The notes below the pieces were generated by a model. That model was not told where the DNA came from, searched no databases, and saw only the letters and a program-made list of their open reading frames with translations. A stretch of 56,793 nt of DNA, from IMG/VR virus record IMGVR_UViG_3300042509_002617, positions 1-56,793 of that record; one strand, 5' to 3'. Below, one piece after another: positions 15,718-25,120 of this stretch. The translations under genes and the position numbers were made by a program. The number at the start of each line of letters is the position of its first letter. Within the stretch, counting starts at the first letter, position 1. Origin of the DNA: a virus. Its lineage: Duplodnaviria > Caudoviricetes.

Positions 15718-16089
15718 ATGCCGGGACGGATCAAGTTTGCGAGAGGCGTTCGCCGGAAACCCGGCGAGATGAACAAGCTGGAAGAGAAGATGGCGGCCGA
15801 GTTGGACCTCCTGTGCAAGTCCGGCAAAGTGCTCAAATGGTGGTTCGAAGGAATCACCCTGCGGCTGGCCAAGGCGACCCGGTACACCCCGGATTTTCTG
15901 GTGATGCTTCCTGATGGCACCATCGAATGCTGGGAGGTCAAAGGCCACTGGGAAGACGATGCTCGGGTGAAGATCAAAGTCGCGGCGGAGATGTTCCCGA
16001 TGCGGTTCAAGGCGTTTTCCCCGAAGCCGAAACGGGACGGCGGGGGATGGAAAATCGAAGAGTTTGGAGGTGATGTCGATGAATGCTGA
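15718..16089 (+). CDS. DUF1064-like PD-(D/E)XK endonuclease (possible resolvase)
   Basis: RYTPDF...EVKG; AGGAGG RBS. Confidence 0.75.
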   Translation: MPGRIKFARGVRRKPGEMNKLEEKMAAELDLLCKSGKVLKWWFEGITLRLAKATRYTPDFLVMLPDGTIECWEVKGHWEDDARVKIKVAAEMFPMRFKAFSPKPKRDGGGWKIEEFGGDVDEC

Positions 16090-16525
16090 ACGGGCGAAGC
16101 GGCGGGAGAAGATTGCGGTGCAGATGATGGCGGCGTTGTGTTCGCCACAGCACACGTTTGGGAGTTGGGAGGATCAGGCCCACGATGCCTTGGCGATGGC
16201 CGATGCGTTGATGGCAAAGCTCGACGAGGCAGCTCTGGCCGACACCCCGGACGCTCAATTGGCAGATCCACTCCGTGAACTGCATGACCTGCAGGAAACC
16301 AAGGACGCTGCTGTCAATCGGTCCGTCGCCAAATCAATCCTGATTTGGCAGAGGGACCGGCAGATTGCGGACTTGGAAGAGCAGTTGGCGGCCCTAGAGC
16401 ACAAGCTGGCGACACTCACGGAGTTTGCCGAGAGTGTCCGGGCCGAGGCTGAAGACGACGACGAGCTGTACGGGCCTTTCGTTGGCCTGGTGCGAGACCT
16501 CGACGCGAAAGTGGGTGCGAAGTGA
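16079..16525 (+). CDS. Hypothetical coiled-coil protein
   Basis: A..MM.AL...A..A..MADAL phage motif; coiled coil. Confidence 0.55.
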   Translation: MNAERAKRREKIAVQMMAALCSPQHTFGSWEDQAHDALAMADALMAKLDEAALADTPDAQLADPLRELHDLQETKDAAVNRSVAKSILIWQRDRQIADLEEQLAALEHKLATLTEFAESVRAEAEDDDELYGPFVGLVRDLDAKVGAK

Positions 16526-16962
16526 CCCCGACGATCCGCATTCAAAGCTGGTACATCCGCGAGATCGACGACCGCGACGTCCCCGAGCTGCGGACGCTGT
16601 CGAAGCACGCGGCGGACATCTGGACTGAGCTGTCGAGAGCCTACACCGGTTACGGCCTGTGGGACACGGCCCGCCGGATGATGGTCGGGGTGATCCTGGT
16701 CCACTGGCGGCAGGAGGATGTCGCGTGGGTCTGCAAGATCGACCGCCTCGGGCAAGACTACGGCATCGACGCCGAGCTGGTGAAGCACGTGCAGGTGCTG
16801 GTCGCCAACCGAGACGGCTGCCTGTGCTGCATTGCGGGGACTGAGCGGACGGACTTCTTCCGGTCGGTGGGGTTCAAGGCCGCGAAACTGTACCGCAATC
16901 GGGAATCGCACCACGACGCGTGGCAGATGACGTGGGACCCCAGGAAGGCGGTGGAAGCATGA
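16522..16962 (+). CDS. Divergent GNAT acetyltransferase
   Basis: IREI..RD, GI..ELV, FFRSVGF pattern. Confidence 0.55.
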   Translation: MTPTIRIQSWYIREIDDRDVPELRTLSKHAADIWTELSRAYTGYGLWDTARRMMVGVILVHWRQEDVAWVCKIDRLGQDYGIDAELVKHVQVLVANRDGCLCCIAGTERTDFFRSVGFKAAKLYRNRESHHDAWQMTWDPRKAVEA

Positions 16963-17240
16963 GCGCAGAGCAGTTCCAAAACGACCCGTCCAGACTGCCC
17001 CAGAACGTGACGGGGTGGATCGAGCTGAACGACGAGCTGCGGGACTCCTTCGAGTTCGAGCACGGTTCGGTCTGGCTGATGGCCGTGCCCGTGTATGACC
17101 GCCGCGATCTGAAGTCATGGGACTACGAGCTGCAGGTGATAACCGTCGATTGCGACGGCCCTCTGAGGCTCGAATGCAACGACTCGGATTGGGGTTGGGA
17201 CTGGTCTGACGTGGCATACATGGCCCCTTTGAGGAAGTGA
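16959..17240 (+). CDS. Hypothetical protein
   Basis: ATGA-coupled ORF. Confidence 0.5.
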   Translation: MSAEQFQNDPSRLPQNVTGWIELNDELRDSFEFEHGSVWLMAVPVYDRRDLKSWDYELQVITVDCDGPLRLECNDSDWGWDWSDVAYMAPLRK

Positions 17241-17241
17241 C

Positions 17242-18012
17242 ATGAGCGTTGCCGACAAGATGGCTGATCACTTTGTACCTGAAGTCGACCCTGATCCGGC
17301 GGAACCGCGAATGGTGATCTGGTCGACACTGCGGTGTTTGGAGCTGCAAATCGACCAGCACGAAGAGCTGCACAATTCCACCGGCGTGGTCAGTTGGGAG
17401 TTGCTCAAACACATGCTTCGCCTGGCCAAACGCCACGCGCACGAGGAGGGCAACAAGATTGGGGCGGCCGAACGGGAAACCGACGAATGGCGGACGCGGG
17501 CCGATGAGGCGAACGCGACGCTGCGGGAGACCGAGCAGGAATTGCAGCGGCTGCGGCAGCGGCACGTGGAGGTGCAATCGGAGGAAGTCGCGGCGGCCCG
17601 AGCGGAGATCGAGACGCTGCGGAAGCAACTGGCCAACGCTCAGCAAGAGCTGTCCGAGCAGGGGCTGGTGCATGGCGTCGAGCTACAGCGGGAGACGGCA
17701 GACGTGCGGCAGCAACTCGACGCGGCACTTGCGGATATCGAGACCCTGCGGAAACAACTTGCGGCGGCACAGCGAGCACTGACACGCAAATTCCAGCGCG
17801 CCGTAGAGCAACTCGCCGAACGCAAGGCGGGCACCACTGAGCCCGCCCCGGTGGCCGAGCCCGTCTTCTGCCCGGAGAGCGAGCGGCTACAGGCGTTTGT
17901 CGCAAAGGGTTGGGGGGCACGCGACAACTACAAGTGGCCAGATGAACTCGACGCGGGAACCATCCAGCCCACCCCGGTCGCCGAGCCTCTCGACGCGGAG
18001 GGTGCGAAGTAA
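17242..18012 (+). CDS. Coiled-coil protein with internal duplication
   Basis: IETLRKQLA occurs twice. Confidence 0.6.
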   Translation: MSVADKMADHFVPEVDPDPAEPRMVIWSTLRCLELQIDQHEELHNSTGVVSWELLKHMLRLAKRHAHEEGNKIGAAERETDEWRTRADEANATLRETEQELQRLRQRHVEVQSEEVAAARAEIETLRKQLANAQQELSEQGLVHGVELQRETADVRQQLDAALADIETLRKQLAAAQRALTRKFQRAVEQLAERKAGTTEPAPVAEPVFCPESERLQAFVAKGWGARDNYKWPDELDAGTIQPTPVAEPLDAEGAK

Positions 18013-18620
18013 TGGCCAAATCAATTCGCGATCAATTCCTGAAAGACGTCGCCCAACACCAAATGGACATCCAATTGGATCAGGGGGCATTCCGGCACGT
18101 GGTGTTCAAGCGGCCGGACACAATCCACCAGCTTTTTTCGCTGACCACCACCCCGGGCCGCCTCGTTTTTGGCGGTGACATGGGCTGTTTCGTGTTCGAG
18201 CGGACTGAAGACATGTTTGCGTTCTTCAGGCGAGACATGGACCGGTTCGACCCGAACTTTGGCTATTGGCACGAAAAACTGGTGGCCCTCGATCGACATG
18301 GGGGATCGATGAGTCCATCTGTCGAAAAATTCCGGGAAAACCTCGAACAGTACATCGAGCAATACGATGATCTGACCGGGGAGGAAATTGGCCAAGTTCG
18401 CGAGTTCATCGACGAAGCGGTCACTCTGTTTGAAGACGAGTGTCCCCATGATGCGTACGTCGCTGTGGGGAACTTCGAATTGCGAGACGACCCGTTCTTC
18501 ACGGACTTCTGGGAAACGTCGAACGACGACTACACCATCCGCTACCAGTGGGCTTGCCACGCGATTCAGTGGGGCGTCGCCCAGTACGACGCGGCGAAAC
18601 AGGCGGAGGGCGGAGCATGA
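18012..18620 (+). CDS. Conserved phage hypothetical protein
   Basis: RH..F......F...T.PG.L...GDMG.FVF.R..DMF.FFR...YW.EKL pattern common in phages. Confidence 0.65.
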   Translation: MAKSIRDQFLKDVAQHQMDIQLDQGAFRHVVFKRPDTIHQLFSLTTTPGRLVFGGDMGCFVFERTEDMFAFFRRDMDRFDPNFGYWHEKLVALDRHGGSMSPSVEKFRENLEQYIEQYDDLTGEEIGQVREFIDEAVTLFEDECPHDAYVAVGNFELRDDPFFTDFWETSNDDYTIRYQWACHAIQWGVAQYDAAKQAEGGA

Positions 18621-18826
18621 CACTCATTCGAGCGGCGATCCGTCGACTCTGCCAGACAGTCGTCGCGTGGCTGGATCGGACCGAACCCGTGCAATGCACC
18701 GGAGTCTCAGCGGTGTGGTGCCCGGTGTGCGGCAATTGCACGTGTGCAGATCGCGAACAGTCGCTCGACGATCCGTGCTGCCCGCTGCACGGTGAGCACA
18801 GCAGGCACGCGGAGGGCGGAGCATGA
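18617..18826 (+). CDS. Small Cys/His-rich protein bounded by 18-bp direct repeats
   Basis: WCPVCGNCTC...CPLHG. Confidence 0.55.
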   Translation: MTLIRAAIRRLCQTVVAWLDRTEPVQCTGVSAVWCPVCGNCTCADREQSLDDPCCPLHGEHSRHAEGGA

Positions 18827-19065
18827 GCGAGCCGGAATTCATCCCGATCGAGGCGGAGACGCTTGTGGGAACCGCCGAAATGGTCGCGCAAATTGCCAGT
18901 CTGTTGCACTACGACCAACAAGACGGCAACACGCTAAATTTCACGGGACTGCTGCGGGCAGTGCAGGTGCTAAAAAGGGACTGCGGCTGGGTGGCCCGGC
19001 GGGTGCAGGAATTGATAGCCGAGAATCACAAGTTGAAGAAGCAGGCGGAGGGCAACCAGCCATGA
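18823..19065 (+). CDS. Hypothetical protein
   Basis: ATGA-coupled. Confidence 0.5.
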   Translation: MSEPEFIPIEAETLVGTAEMVAQIASLLHYDQQDGNTLNFTGLLRAVQVLKRDCGWVARRVQELIAENHKLKKQAEGNQP

Positions 19066-19286
19066 GAATCAGCCCCGGACCCTGGACAGCACACCACTTC
19101 GAACCGGAATGGATCACTATCATGGCGGCGAACGGGCGGGTGGTCTGCAAAATTCCGAATGAAGGACTGACAGACGATGCGGAACTGATCGAGGTGGTGC
19201 CGCAACTGGTGAGCCGCTACTTGGGCACCATGCCGCCCTACATGAGCCTAAGAGAGCTGGTGAACAATGCGAGGGCGATCACATGA
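19062..19286 (+). CDS. Hypothetical protein (PGPW-start phage family)
   Basis: SPGPW...DAELI...P pattern. Confidence 0.5.
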   Translation: MRISPGPWTAHHFEPEWITIMAANGRVVCKIPNEGLTDDAELIEVVPQLVSRYLGTMPPYMSLRELVNNARAIT

Positions 19287-19332
19287 CAGTTCACCTCGGC
19301 AGCGTGATTCAGCGGGCGGAGGAGGGCGGGCA

Positions 19333-19683
19333 GTGAGCACGCAGAAAACCCTGTTCTTCGAGCCAGAGCCAGAGCCAGAGCCCGAACCGGACTTTCCGCC
19401 ACCGCGCGACGATGACCCCTCGACATGGTTGATCACAATGGAAGACGACGAACACGGGGCGAGGCCCTGGCGGCGAATCAACGAGACGGAAATCGTCGAC
19501 TCGAACGGCTTCCCTGTGGCCAAATGCAGCACGGTCCCGAATGCGATGCTGATCGAGGTCGCGGCCGATCTGTACGAGCTGGTCGAGGACTGGAGCTACC
19601 GCAACAAATGCCGCTGCGAGAAGCCCGAGTGTCGCAAGTGCGGAGCGGCCCGGATTGTCAAGCAGGTGAGGGGAGAGCAATGA
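19333..19683 (+). CDS. Hypothetical protein with EP repeat and Cys tail
   Basis: (GAGCCA)n; NAMLI; CxC...CxxC. Confidence 0.5.
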   Translation: MSTQKTLFFEPEPEPEPEPDFPPPRDDDPSTWLITMEDDEHGARPWRRINETEIVDSNGFPVAKCSTVPNAMLIEVAADLYELVEDWSYRNKCRCEKPECRKCGAARIVKQVRGEQ

Positions 19684-19934
19684 CCGCGCCGCAAATCATC
19701 AGCCCTGACCAGTGGGTGGTCACCGGCGGCGACGCAAACTACCGCCGGACTTGGTCGGTCACCGTCCGGGCCAGCACGCTGGAGAATGCCGAGCGGGTCG
19801 CCTGGCAAACTCCGGGACGCCCGGCGTGGGTCTCGATCCATACTCTGCGGGCCGCCCTGGCGACCGTCCGCAACGATCCTGTGCTGCGCGACATGCTCCG
19901 CAGCGGTTACGCGAAAGAGGTGCTCCATGGGTGA
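19680..19934 (+). CDS. Hypothetical protein
   Basis: ATGA-coupled. Confidence 0.5.
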   Translation: MTAPQIISPDQWVVTGGDANYRRTWSVTVRASTLENAERVAWQTPGRPAWVSIHTLRAALATVRNDPVLRDMLRSGYAKEVLHG

Positions 19935-20676
19935 GTCGACGAAAATCTCTTGGACCGATCACACGTTCAACCCGTGGATGGGTTGTGAGCGTGTGAGCGA
20001 GGGCTGCCGCAACTGTTACGCGGCGACGTTCGTCACGGGTCGGATGGGACTCCAAGTGTGGGGCAAGCAGGCTCCCCGGCAGGTCACGAAAACGCCGTGG
20101 CAGCAGGTCCGCACCTGGAACCGCAAGGCGGCCGAAAGCGGCGTTCGCCGCAAGGTGTTCTGCGCCAGCCTCTGCGACATTTTCGAGGATCACCCCACCG
20201 CCGACGCGACCCGGCCCCGCGTGTGGGACATGATCCGGGAATGCACGGCGCTCGACTGGCAGATCCTGACCAAGCGCAGCCACCGGATCGCGAGCTGTCT
20301 GCCCAGCGACTGGGGCGACGGCTGGCCCCATGTGTGGCTGGGGGTCTCGGTCGAGGACATGCGGGTGGCCTGCCGGGTCGACGACCTGCGGAGCATACCG
20401 GCTGCCGTGCGGTTCATCTCGTACGAGCCGGCACTGGGGTCGTTGCAAGGTCTGGACCTGACTGGCATCGATTGGGTGATCTACGGCGGGGAGAGCGGCC
20501 CAGGGTATCGCCCGGATAGTGAAGTGTGGGCCTGGCAAATGTACCTCAACTGCCGAGCGTCTGGGGCCGCATTTTTTTACAAACAATCGTCCGGACCCAA
20601 ACCCGGAACGGGAATCAAACTGCGGGGCCACGTGATTCAGGAGTTCCCATTGCCTCGGCCGGAGGTGACGCGATGA
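19927..20676 (+). CDS. DUF5131 / phage Gp37-Gp68 family (radical-SAM-like)
   Basis: TKISWTDHTFNPWMGC..VS.GC.NCYA, QILTKR, WLGVSVE, DWVI.GGESG. Confidence 0.9.
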   Translation: MGESTKISWTDHTFNPWMGCERVSEGCRNCYAATFVTGRMGLQVWGKQAPRQVTKTPWQQVRTWNRKAAESGVRRKVFCASLCDIFEDHPTADATRPRVWDMIRECTALDWQILTKRSHRIASCLPSDWGDGWPHVWLGVSVEDMRVACRVDDLRSIPAAVRFISYEPALGSLQGLDLTGIDWVIYGGESGPGYRPDSEVWAWQMYLNCRASGAAFFYKQSSGPKPGTGIKLRGHVIQEFPLPRPEVTR

Positions 20677-20969
20677 TTCCCGAACAGCGTGAACTGAGCG
20701 CGATGTTCTTCCTGTTGTTTGTCGCCTGCGCTGTGCTGGTTGCATCCATCCTGAGCTACCGGGTTGACGCTCGCTATGCGGCAGAGCGGAAACGGAAATT
20801 TGAGGAGGACATGCAACGCTGGGACGCTGAAAACCGAGCCCGGCGCGAACAGCGGATGCAAGAGGAGCGGATCGAACGCCAGCGCATGGCCGAGGAGGCC
20901 CGCGACCTGTCGGAGCGGAACCGGGTCGCGTTGGCCCACATGATCCAGAAACCGGAGGTTCCGTCGTGA
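20673..20969 (+). CDS. Membrane-anchored coiled-coil protein
   Basis: N-terminal TM followed by charged helix. Confidence 0.5.
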   Translation: MIPEQRELSAMFFLLFVACAVLVASILSYRVDARYAAERKRKFEEDMQRWDAENRARREQRMQEERIERQRMAEEARDLSERNRVALAHMIQKPEVPS

Positions 20970-21066
20970 TCGAATGCACGTTGAGAGAATTCGTCATTGT
21001 GGCAACGGCGTTTGTGTTGTGGGTCGTTTTGCCAGCGATTGCCCGATGGGCGGAAGGCGGTGACGA

Positions 21067-22539
21067 ATGACACTGAAAGCAGCCGATCTGTTCTGTGGTG
21101 CCGGCGGGACTTCCTGCGGTGCCGAGTCAACCGGGGCCGCGCGAGTTGCGTTTGCCCTGAACCACTGGTCGACTGCGGTCGAGACCCACAGCAGAAACTT
21201 CCCCCACGCCAAGCACGTGAACTCGCGGCTGGACCAGACCAGCCCGGGGGAGTGCGGGAAGATCGATCTCCTGTTCGCCTCCCCGGAATGCACACATCAC
21301 AGCCGAGCCCGAGGCGGTCGCCCCACCAGCGATCAACAGCGGTCTGGGGCGTGGGACGTGATGAAGTGGATTGAGCATCACCGGCCTTCGTGGGTGGTGG
21401 TCGAGAACGTCGTGGAGTTCGAGCAGTGGGGGCCGGTCGATGACCGAGGCATCCCGCTGAAGTCTCGCCGGGGGGCGTTCTTCCATGCGTGGATCGCTGC
21501 CATCGAGGCGGCCGGGTACGTGGTCGACTGGCGACACCTGAACGCGGCGGACTTTGGCGCGGCGACCAGTCGCAACCGTTTGTTTGTGGTGGCGAGGAAA
21601 GGGCGGAGAGCCCCGGTGTTCCCGGAGCCCACCCGCCGCAAGGGAACTGGTCGGACACTCCCAGGCATGGGCCTTCCAAGCTGGCGGACGGCTGCCGAGG
21701 TGATCGATTGGAGCCTGCCGTGTCCGTCGATCTTCAGCCGCAAGCGACCTCTGGCGGACAAGACCATTGCCCGGATTGAGGCTGGCCTGCGGCGATTCGT
21801 GGGGCCGTTCGTGGCCAGTTGGACGAACACCGAGAGCAGCTCGAACTACGAGTACTCCCCAGATCGCCCCCTGCCGACAGTGTTGACGAAGGCCCACATG
21901 GGGCTGGCCGTGCCGTACACGGTCGAGGTGAACCACGGCGGCAATGATTCCCGGACAGCTACGCTCGATGCTCCGATTGGAACGGCGAGCTGCAAGAACG
22001 GCCGGGGGCTGGCCCTGCCGTACATCGTGCCGAACTTCGGCGAACGTGACGGCCAGACTCCACGGACCCACGGGGTCGACGTTCCAGCGCCGGCCATCAC
22101 GGGCCACGGGGCGGGGCAACTGGCGGTGCCGTACATGGTTCGGTCAGCGCACGGCGACAATGGCGGCGATCGCATCCATGAGTTGAAAGCCGCGTTGCCA
22201 ACTGTGACGACATCGAAAGATTTCGCTTTGGCCGTACCGTTCCTGACCCACTTCTATGGCAACTCCGGGGCGTCGCCCATTTCCGATCCGGTCGACACCA
22301 TCACCACAGTTGACCGGCACTCACTCGCCGTCGCCAGCCTGGTGAAGACCATGCACGAACTGCACGTCGTCGACGTGGGGTTCCGGATGTTGCAGAACCA
22401 CGAGCTGGCGGCCGCTCAGGGGTTCCCAGGCGAGTATGTGTTCTGCGGCAGCAAGGCCGACATCACCCGCCAGATCGGCAACTCGGTCTCCCCGCCGGTC
22501 GCGGCGGCGATCACCCGAGCAATTGCGGGGGTGGCATGA
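21067..22539 (+). CDS. DNA (cytosine-5)-methyltransferase
   Basis: DLFCGAGG, ASPECTHHS, ENV, R.RLF, QGFP, QIGNSV. Confidence 0.92.
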   Translation: MTLKAADLFCGAGGTSCGAESTGAARVAFALNHWSTAVETHSRNFPHAKHVNSRLDQTSPGECGKIDLLFASPECTHHSRARGGRPTSDQQRSGAWDVMKWIEHHRPSWVVVENVVEFEQWGPVDDRGIPLKSRRGAFFHAWIAAIEAAGYVVDWRHLNAADFGAATSRNRLFVVARKGRRAPVFPEPTRRKGTGRTLPGMGLPSWRTAAEVIDWSLPCPSIFSRKRPLADKTIARIEAGLRRFVGPFVASWTNTESSSNYEYSPDRPLPTVLTKAHMGLAVPYTVEVNHGGNDSRTATLDAPIGTASCKNGRGLALPYIVPNFGERDGQTPRTHGVDVPAPAITGHGAGQLAVPYMVRSAHGDNGGDRIHELKAALPTVTTSKDFALAVPFLTHFYGNSGASPISDPVDTITTVDRHSLAVASLVKTMHELHVVDVGFRMLQNHELAAAQGFPGEYVFCGSKADITRQIGNSVSPPVAAAITRAIAGVA

Positions 22540-22754
22540 TGGTTCCCGATATCGTGCCCCGGCTGCCAGAATCCATTTGGGTCGTCGGCACCAAAAAGTA
22601 CGGCGGCTGGATGATCCTCGGCATTGAGTACGACGCCAATTCGGCAGTCATGCTGAAGCGCCACAAAAAACGCGAGGGGATTGAGGCAACGATCGTGCGA
22701 TACCCGATTGAGGGGCATCGCATTCACAAAAACAACGGCGGCGGCGCTCGTTGA
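22536..22754 (+). CDS. Hypothetical protein
   Basis: ATGA-coupled. Confidence 0.45.
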   Translation: MMVPDIVPRLPESIWVVGTKKYGGWMILGIEYDANSAVMLKRHKKREGIEATIVRYPIEGHRIHKNNGGGAR

Positions 22755-22785
22755 AGAGTTCGTAACACAACAGGAGTCGAGTCGA

Positions 22786-23916
22786 GTGGAAAACGTCATC
22801 CAGTGCCCCCGCGAACAATTGGCCCGAGCATTCCGGGCAATCGAGCCACTGCAAGGCCGGTCGACCATCTCGGCACACGGTCTGGCCGATCTCGTGATCC
22901 GCGAGGGCCGACCCGCGCAGCTGATCGCGATGAACGGCGACATGCACGTCTGGCAGGACCTGGAGGCGACCGGCCGACGGGACGGGTCGGTCCTGCTGCC
23001 GATCGGCCGGGTCTCGCAGATGCTGAAGGCCCTGACCGGCGAGACGGTCGAGATCGAGATCCGAAAGGCGTCGATCAAGATCAGCGACAAGGACCGGGAC
23101 AACGGCTACGTCATCGGCTGGACCGAGGACAACTGGCCAGAGCCCCCGACCGACACGGTCGAGCCGACGATCCACATCAACGCGGGCCATTTCCTGACGA
23201 TGATGGAGCGGGTGTTGTTCGCCTGCGACACCGAGTCGACCAAGTACGCTCTGAGTGGGATCTGCCTGGATGTGGAGGACAATGTCCTGCGGGCCGTCGC
23301 GACCGATACGCGGCGGCTGGTGGGCTGTTTCCGGGCCTGCCTGACCACCGGGGAGCGAAAGAGCCCCTCGGTAATCATCCCATTGTCAGCCGTGCGGGTT
23401 CTGCAGCGGATGGTTCCGAACACGCCCGCGGACATCAATCTGCACTGGGACGACCGGTCATTCACCGCGATCTGGGACGGTGGCCGCATGCGGTCGAAAT
23501 CGGTCGACGGCAGGTTCCCCGCGTGGGAGAGCTGCATGCCGGCGCCCGAGTCGATCACCGAGCGGATCGAGCTACCCAGCGCCCCGCTGAAGGCGGCCCT
23601 CAACGCGGCCCGGGTGGTCCACAACGCGGAGTCCCACGGGGTCGACCTTCGGTTCCGGAACAACGTGCTGACCGTGATTGCGGAGTCGACCGATGGGAAA
23701 GCCTCGATGGAGCTGCCGGTCTGTGCGCAGCAGTCGGAACAGTTCACAATCTCGATCGACCCGAAGTTCGTGCTCGAATGGCTGGCGACCCACCCGGCGA
23801 CAACGACCATCGTTGCCGAGCTGCAGGACAGCGAAAGCGGGATGGTCCTGCGTCCGCAGGGTGCCGACCAGATGAATGAGTTCAACATTGTCATGCCACT
23901 TTCACGGGACCGATGA
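22786..23916 (+). CDS. dnaN: DNA polymerase III beta sliding clamp homolog
   Basis: YALSGI, AVATD.RRL, GRFP.W, IVMP; about 376 aa. Confidence 0.8.
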   Translation: MENVIQCPREQLARAFRAIEPLQGRSTISAHGLADLVIREGRPAQLIAMNGDMHVWQDLEATGRRDGSVLLPIGRVSQMLKALTGETVEIEIRKASIKISDKDRDNGYVIGWTEDNWPEPPTDTVEPTIHINAGHFLTMMERVLFACDTESTKYALSGICLDVEDNVLRAVATDTRRLVGCFRACLTTGERKSPSVIIPLSAVRVLQRMVPNTPADINLHWDDRSFTAIWDGGRMRSKSVDGRFPAWESCMPAPESITERIELPSAPLKAALNAARVVHNAESHGVDLRFRNNVLTVIAESTDGKASMELPVCAQQSEQFTISIDPKFVLEWLATHPATTTIVAELQDSESGMVLRPQGADQMNEFNIVMPLSRDR

Positions 23917-24662
23917 GCATGCAAACAAAACTGGAAGTGACCTGGACCCGGCCAGCCGAGATTGTCGAGGTGGTCACGTGGAACACCCTGCGGCTGCGGG
24001 TTGATGTGGGGTTTCACACCTGGCGGCGAGTGGCTGCCAACCTGACCGACGGCTGGTTCTCCAGTCCGAGCGAATCGGTGGACCTCGTGGAGAAGTGGGT
24101 CGAGTCGCACAGCGGGTTCACAGTGCGGACCAAGAAACGCTCCGAGAAACACCGCGATCACGCCGACTACCTGGTGCAGGTGCAGGGGACCAACAACCAG
24201 ACCGGCGAGCGGGACGATCTGCTTTACGATTTGACTCGGGCGATGCGGCCCCACTCGAAGAATCCCCCCGCGAAGCCCGAGACCCTGGCGGTCGACTGGA
24301 CGTTCAGTGCCGACATGACCCGCCTGGTCGACGGCGACACGCAGGAGCTGACGGTCGACGCCGGATTCCACACCGACCGAGCTGTCACACTGCGGCTGCT
24401 GGGGGTCAACACTCCGGAGGTCAAGGGGGCGAGCCGGCCCGCCGGACTGGCCGCCTCTGAGTTCTCTCGCCTGTGGTACGAGTCCCACGACGATCTGGTG
24501 ATCCAGACCCGGAAGGACGTGAAGCGGTCGACCGACGCTTTCCGGCGGTACCTGGTCACAGTCCAAGGCCGCAACGTCACCACCAACGTTCGCGAAGACC
24601 TCGCCCAGGCGTTGCTGGGGGCCCACCACGCGGTGCCGTTCATGGAGGACAAGTCGCAGTGA
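23913..24662 (+). CDS. Thermonuclease (SNase) family protein with tandem duplicated domain
   Basis: C-domain VDGDT..VDAGF...RLLGVNTPE...RRYL; N-domain is a degenerate copy. Confidence 0.75.
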   Translation: MSMQTKLEVTWTRPAEIVEVVTWNTLRLRVDVGFHTWRRVAANLTDGWFSSPSESVDLVEKWVESHSGFTVRTKKRSEKHRDHADYLVQVQGTNNQTGERDDLLYDLTRAMRPHSKNPPAKPETLAVDWTFSADMTRLVDGDTQELTVDAGFHTDRAVTLRLLGVNTPEVKGASRPAGLAASEFSRLWYESHDDLVIQTRKDVKRSTDAFRRYLVTVQGRNVTTNVREDLAQALLGAHHAVPFMEDKSQ

Positions 24663-25120
24663 ACACTGTCGCACGGATGCAGCTCAGGCGAATGTCGCCA
24701 GTGAATCTCCCTCAGGTATTGCAGATCGAGGAGGCCAGCTTCGCAACGCATTGGAATCAACACGACTTCGAAAGGGTGATGGCGAACACCGCCCGCCTGT
24801 ATTCGTGCCGCGTCATCACCGGGGCCATCCCCGGGAAGGTGCTGGCCTATGCAGTGTGGGAGCGGCATGAAGACCACTGGCAACTGCTCAACCTGGCGGT
24901 TGACCCAGACCACCGGCGAATGGGGCTGGGGCGGAAAATGATCGAGACGACGGCGAAGCACGGGCTGCCGTTGACCGCCAACGTCGTCGAGACCAACCTC
25001 CCGGCACAGATCTGGCTGCGGGAAATCGGCTGGCGTTGCACGATGATCCTGTCCGGGATCTACGCCGACTCCGACCGATCCGCGTACCGATTCGAGAAGC
25101 ACCATGACTGTGAAGCCTGA
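24659..25120 (+). CDS. RimI-like GNAT acetyltransferase
   Basis: LPQVLQIE.ASF...W, LNLAVDP.HRR.GLGR, V.ETNL.AQ. Confidence 0.85.
   Translation: MNTVARMQLRRMSPVNLPQVLQIEEASFATHWNQHDFERVMANTARLYSCRVITGAIPGKVLAYAVWERHEDHWQLLNLAVDPDHRRMGLGRKMIETTAKHGLPLTANVVETNLPAQIWLREIGWRCTMILSGIYADSDRSAYRFEKHHDCEA

Noticed and set aside
19360-19389. (GAGCCA)n as a phase-variation tract
   Set aside because: A 6-nt unit keeps the frame and encodes an EP linker.
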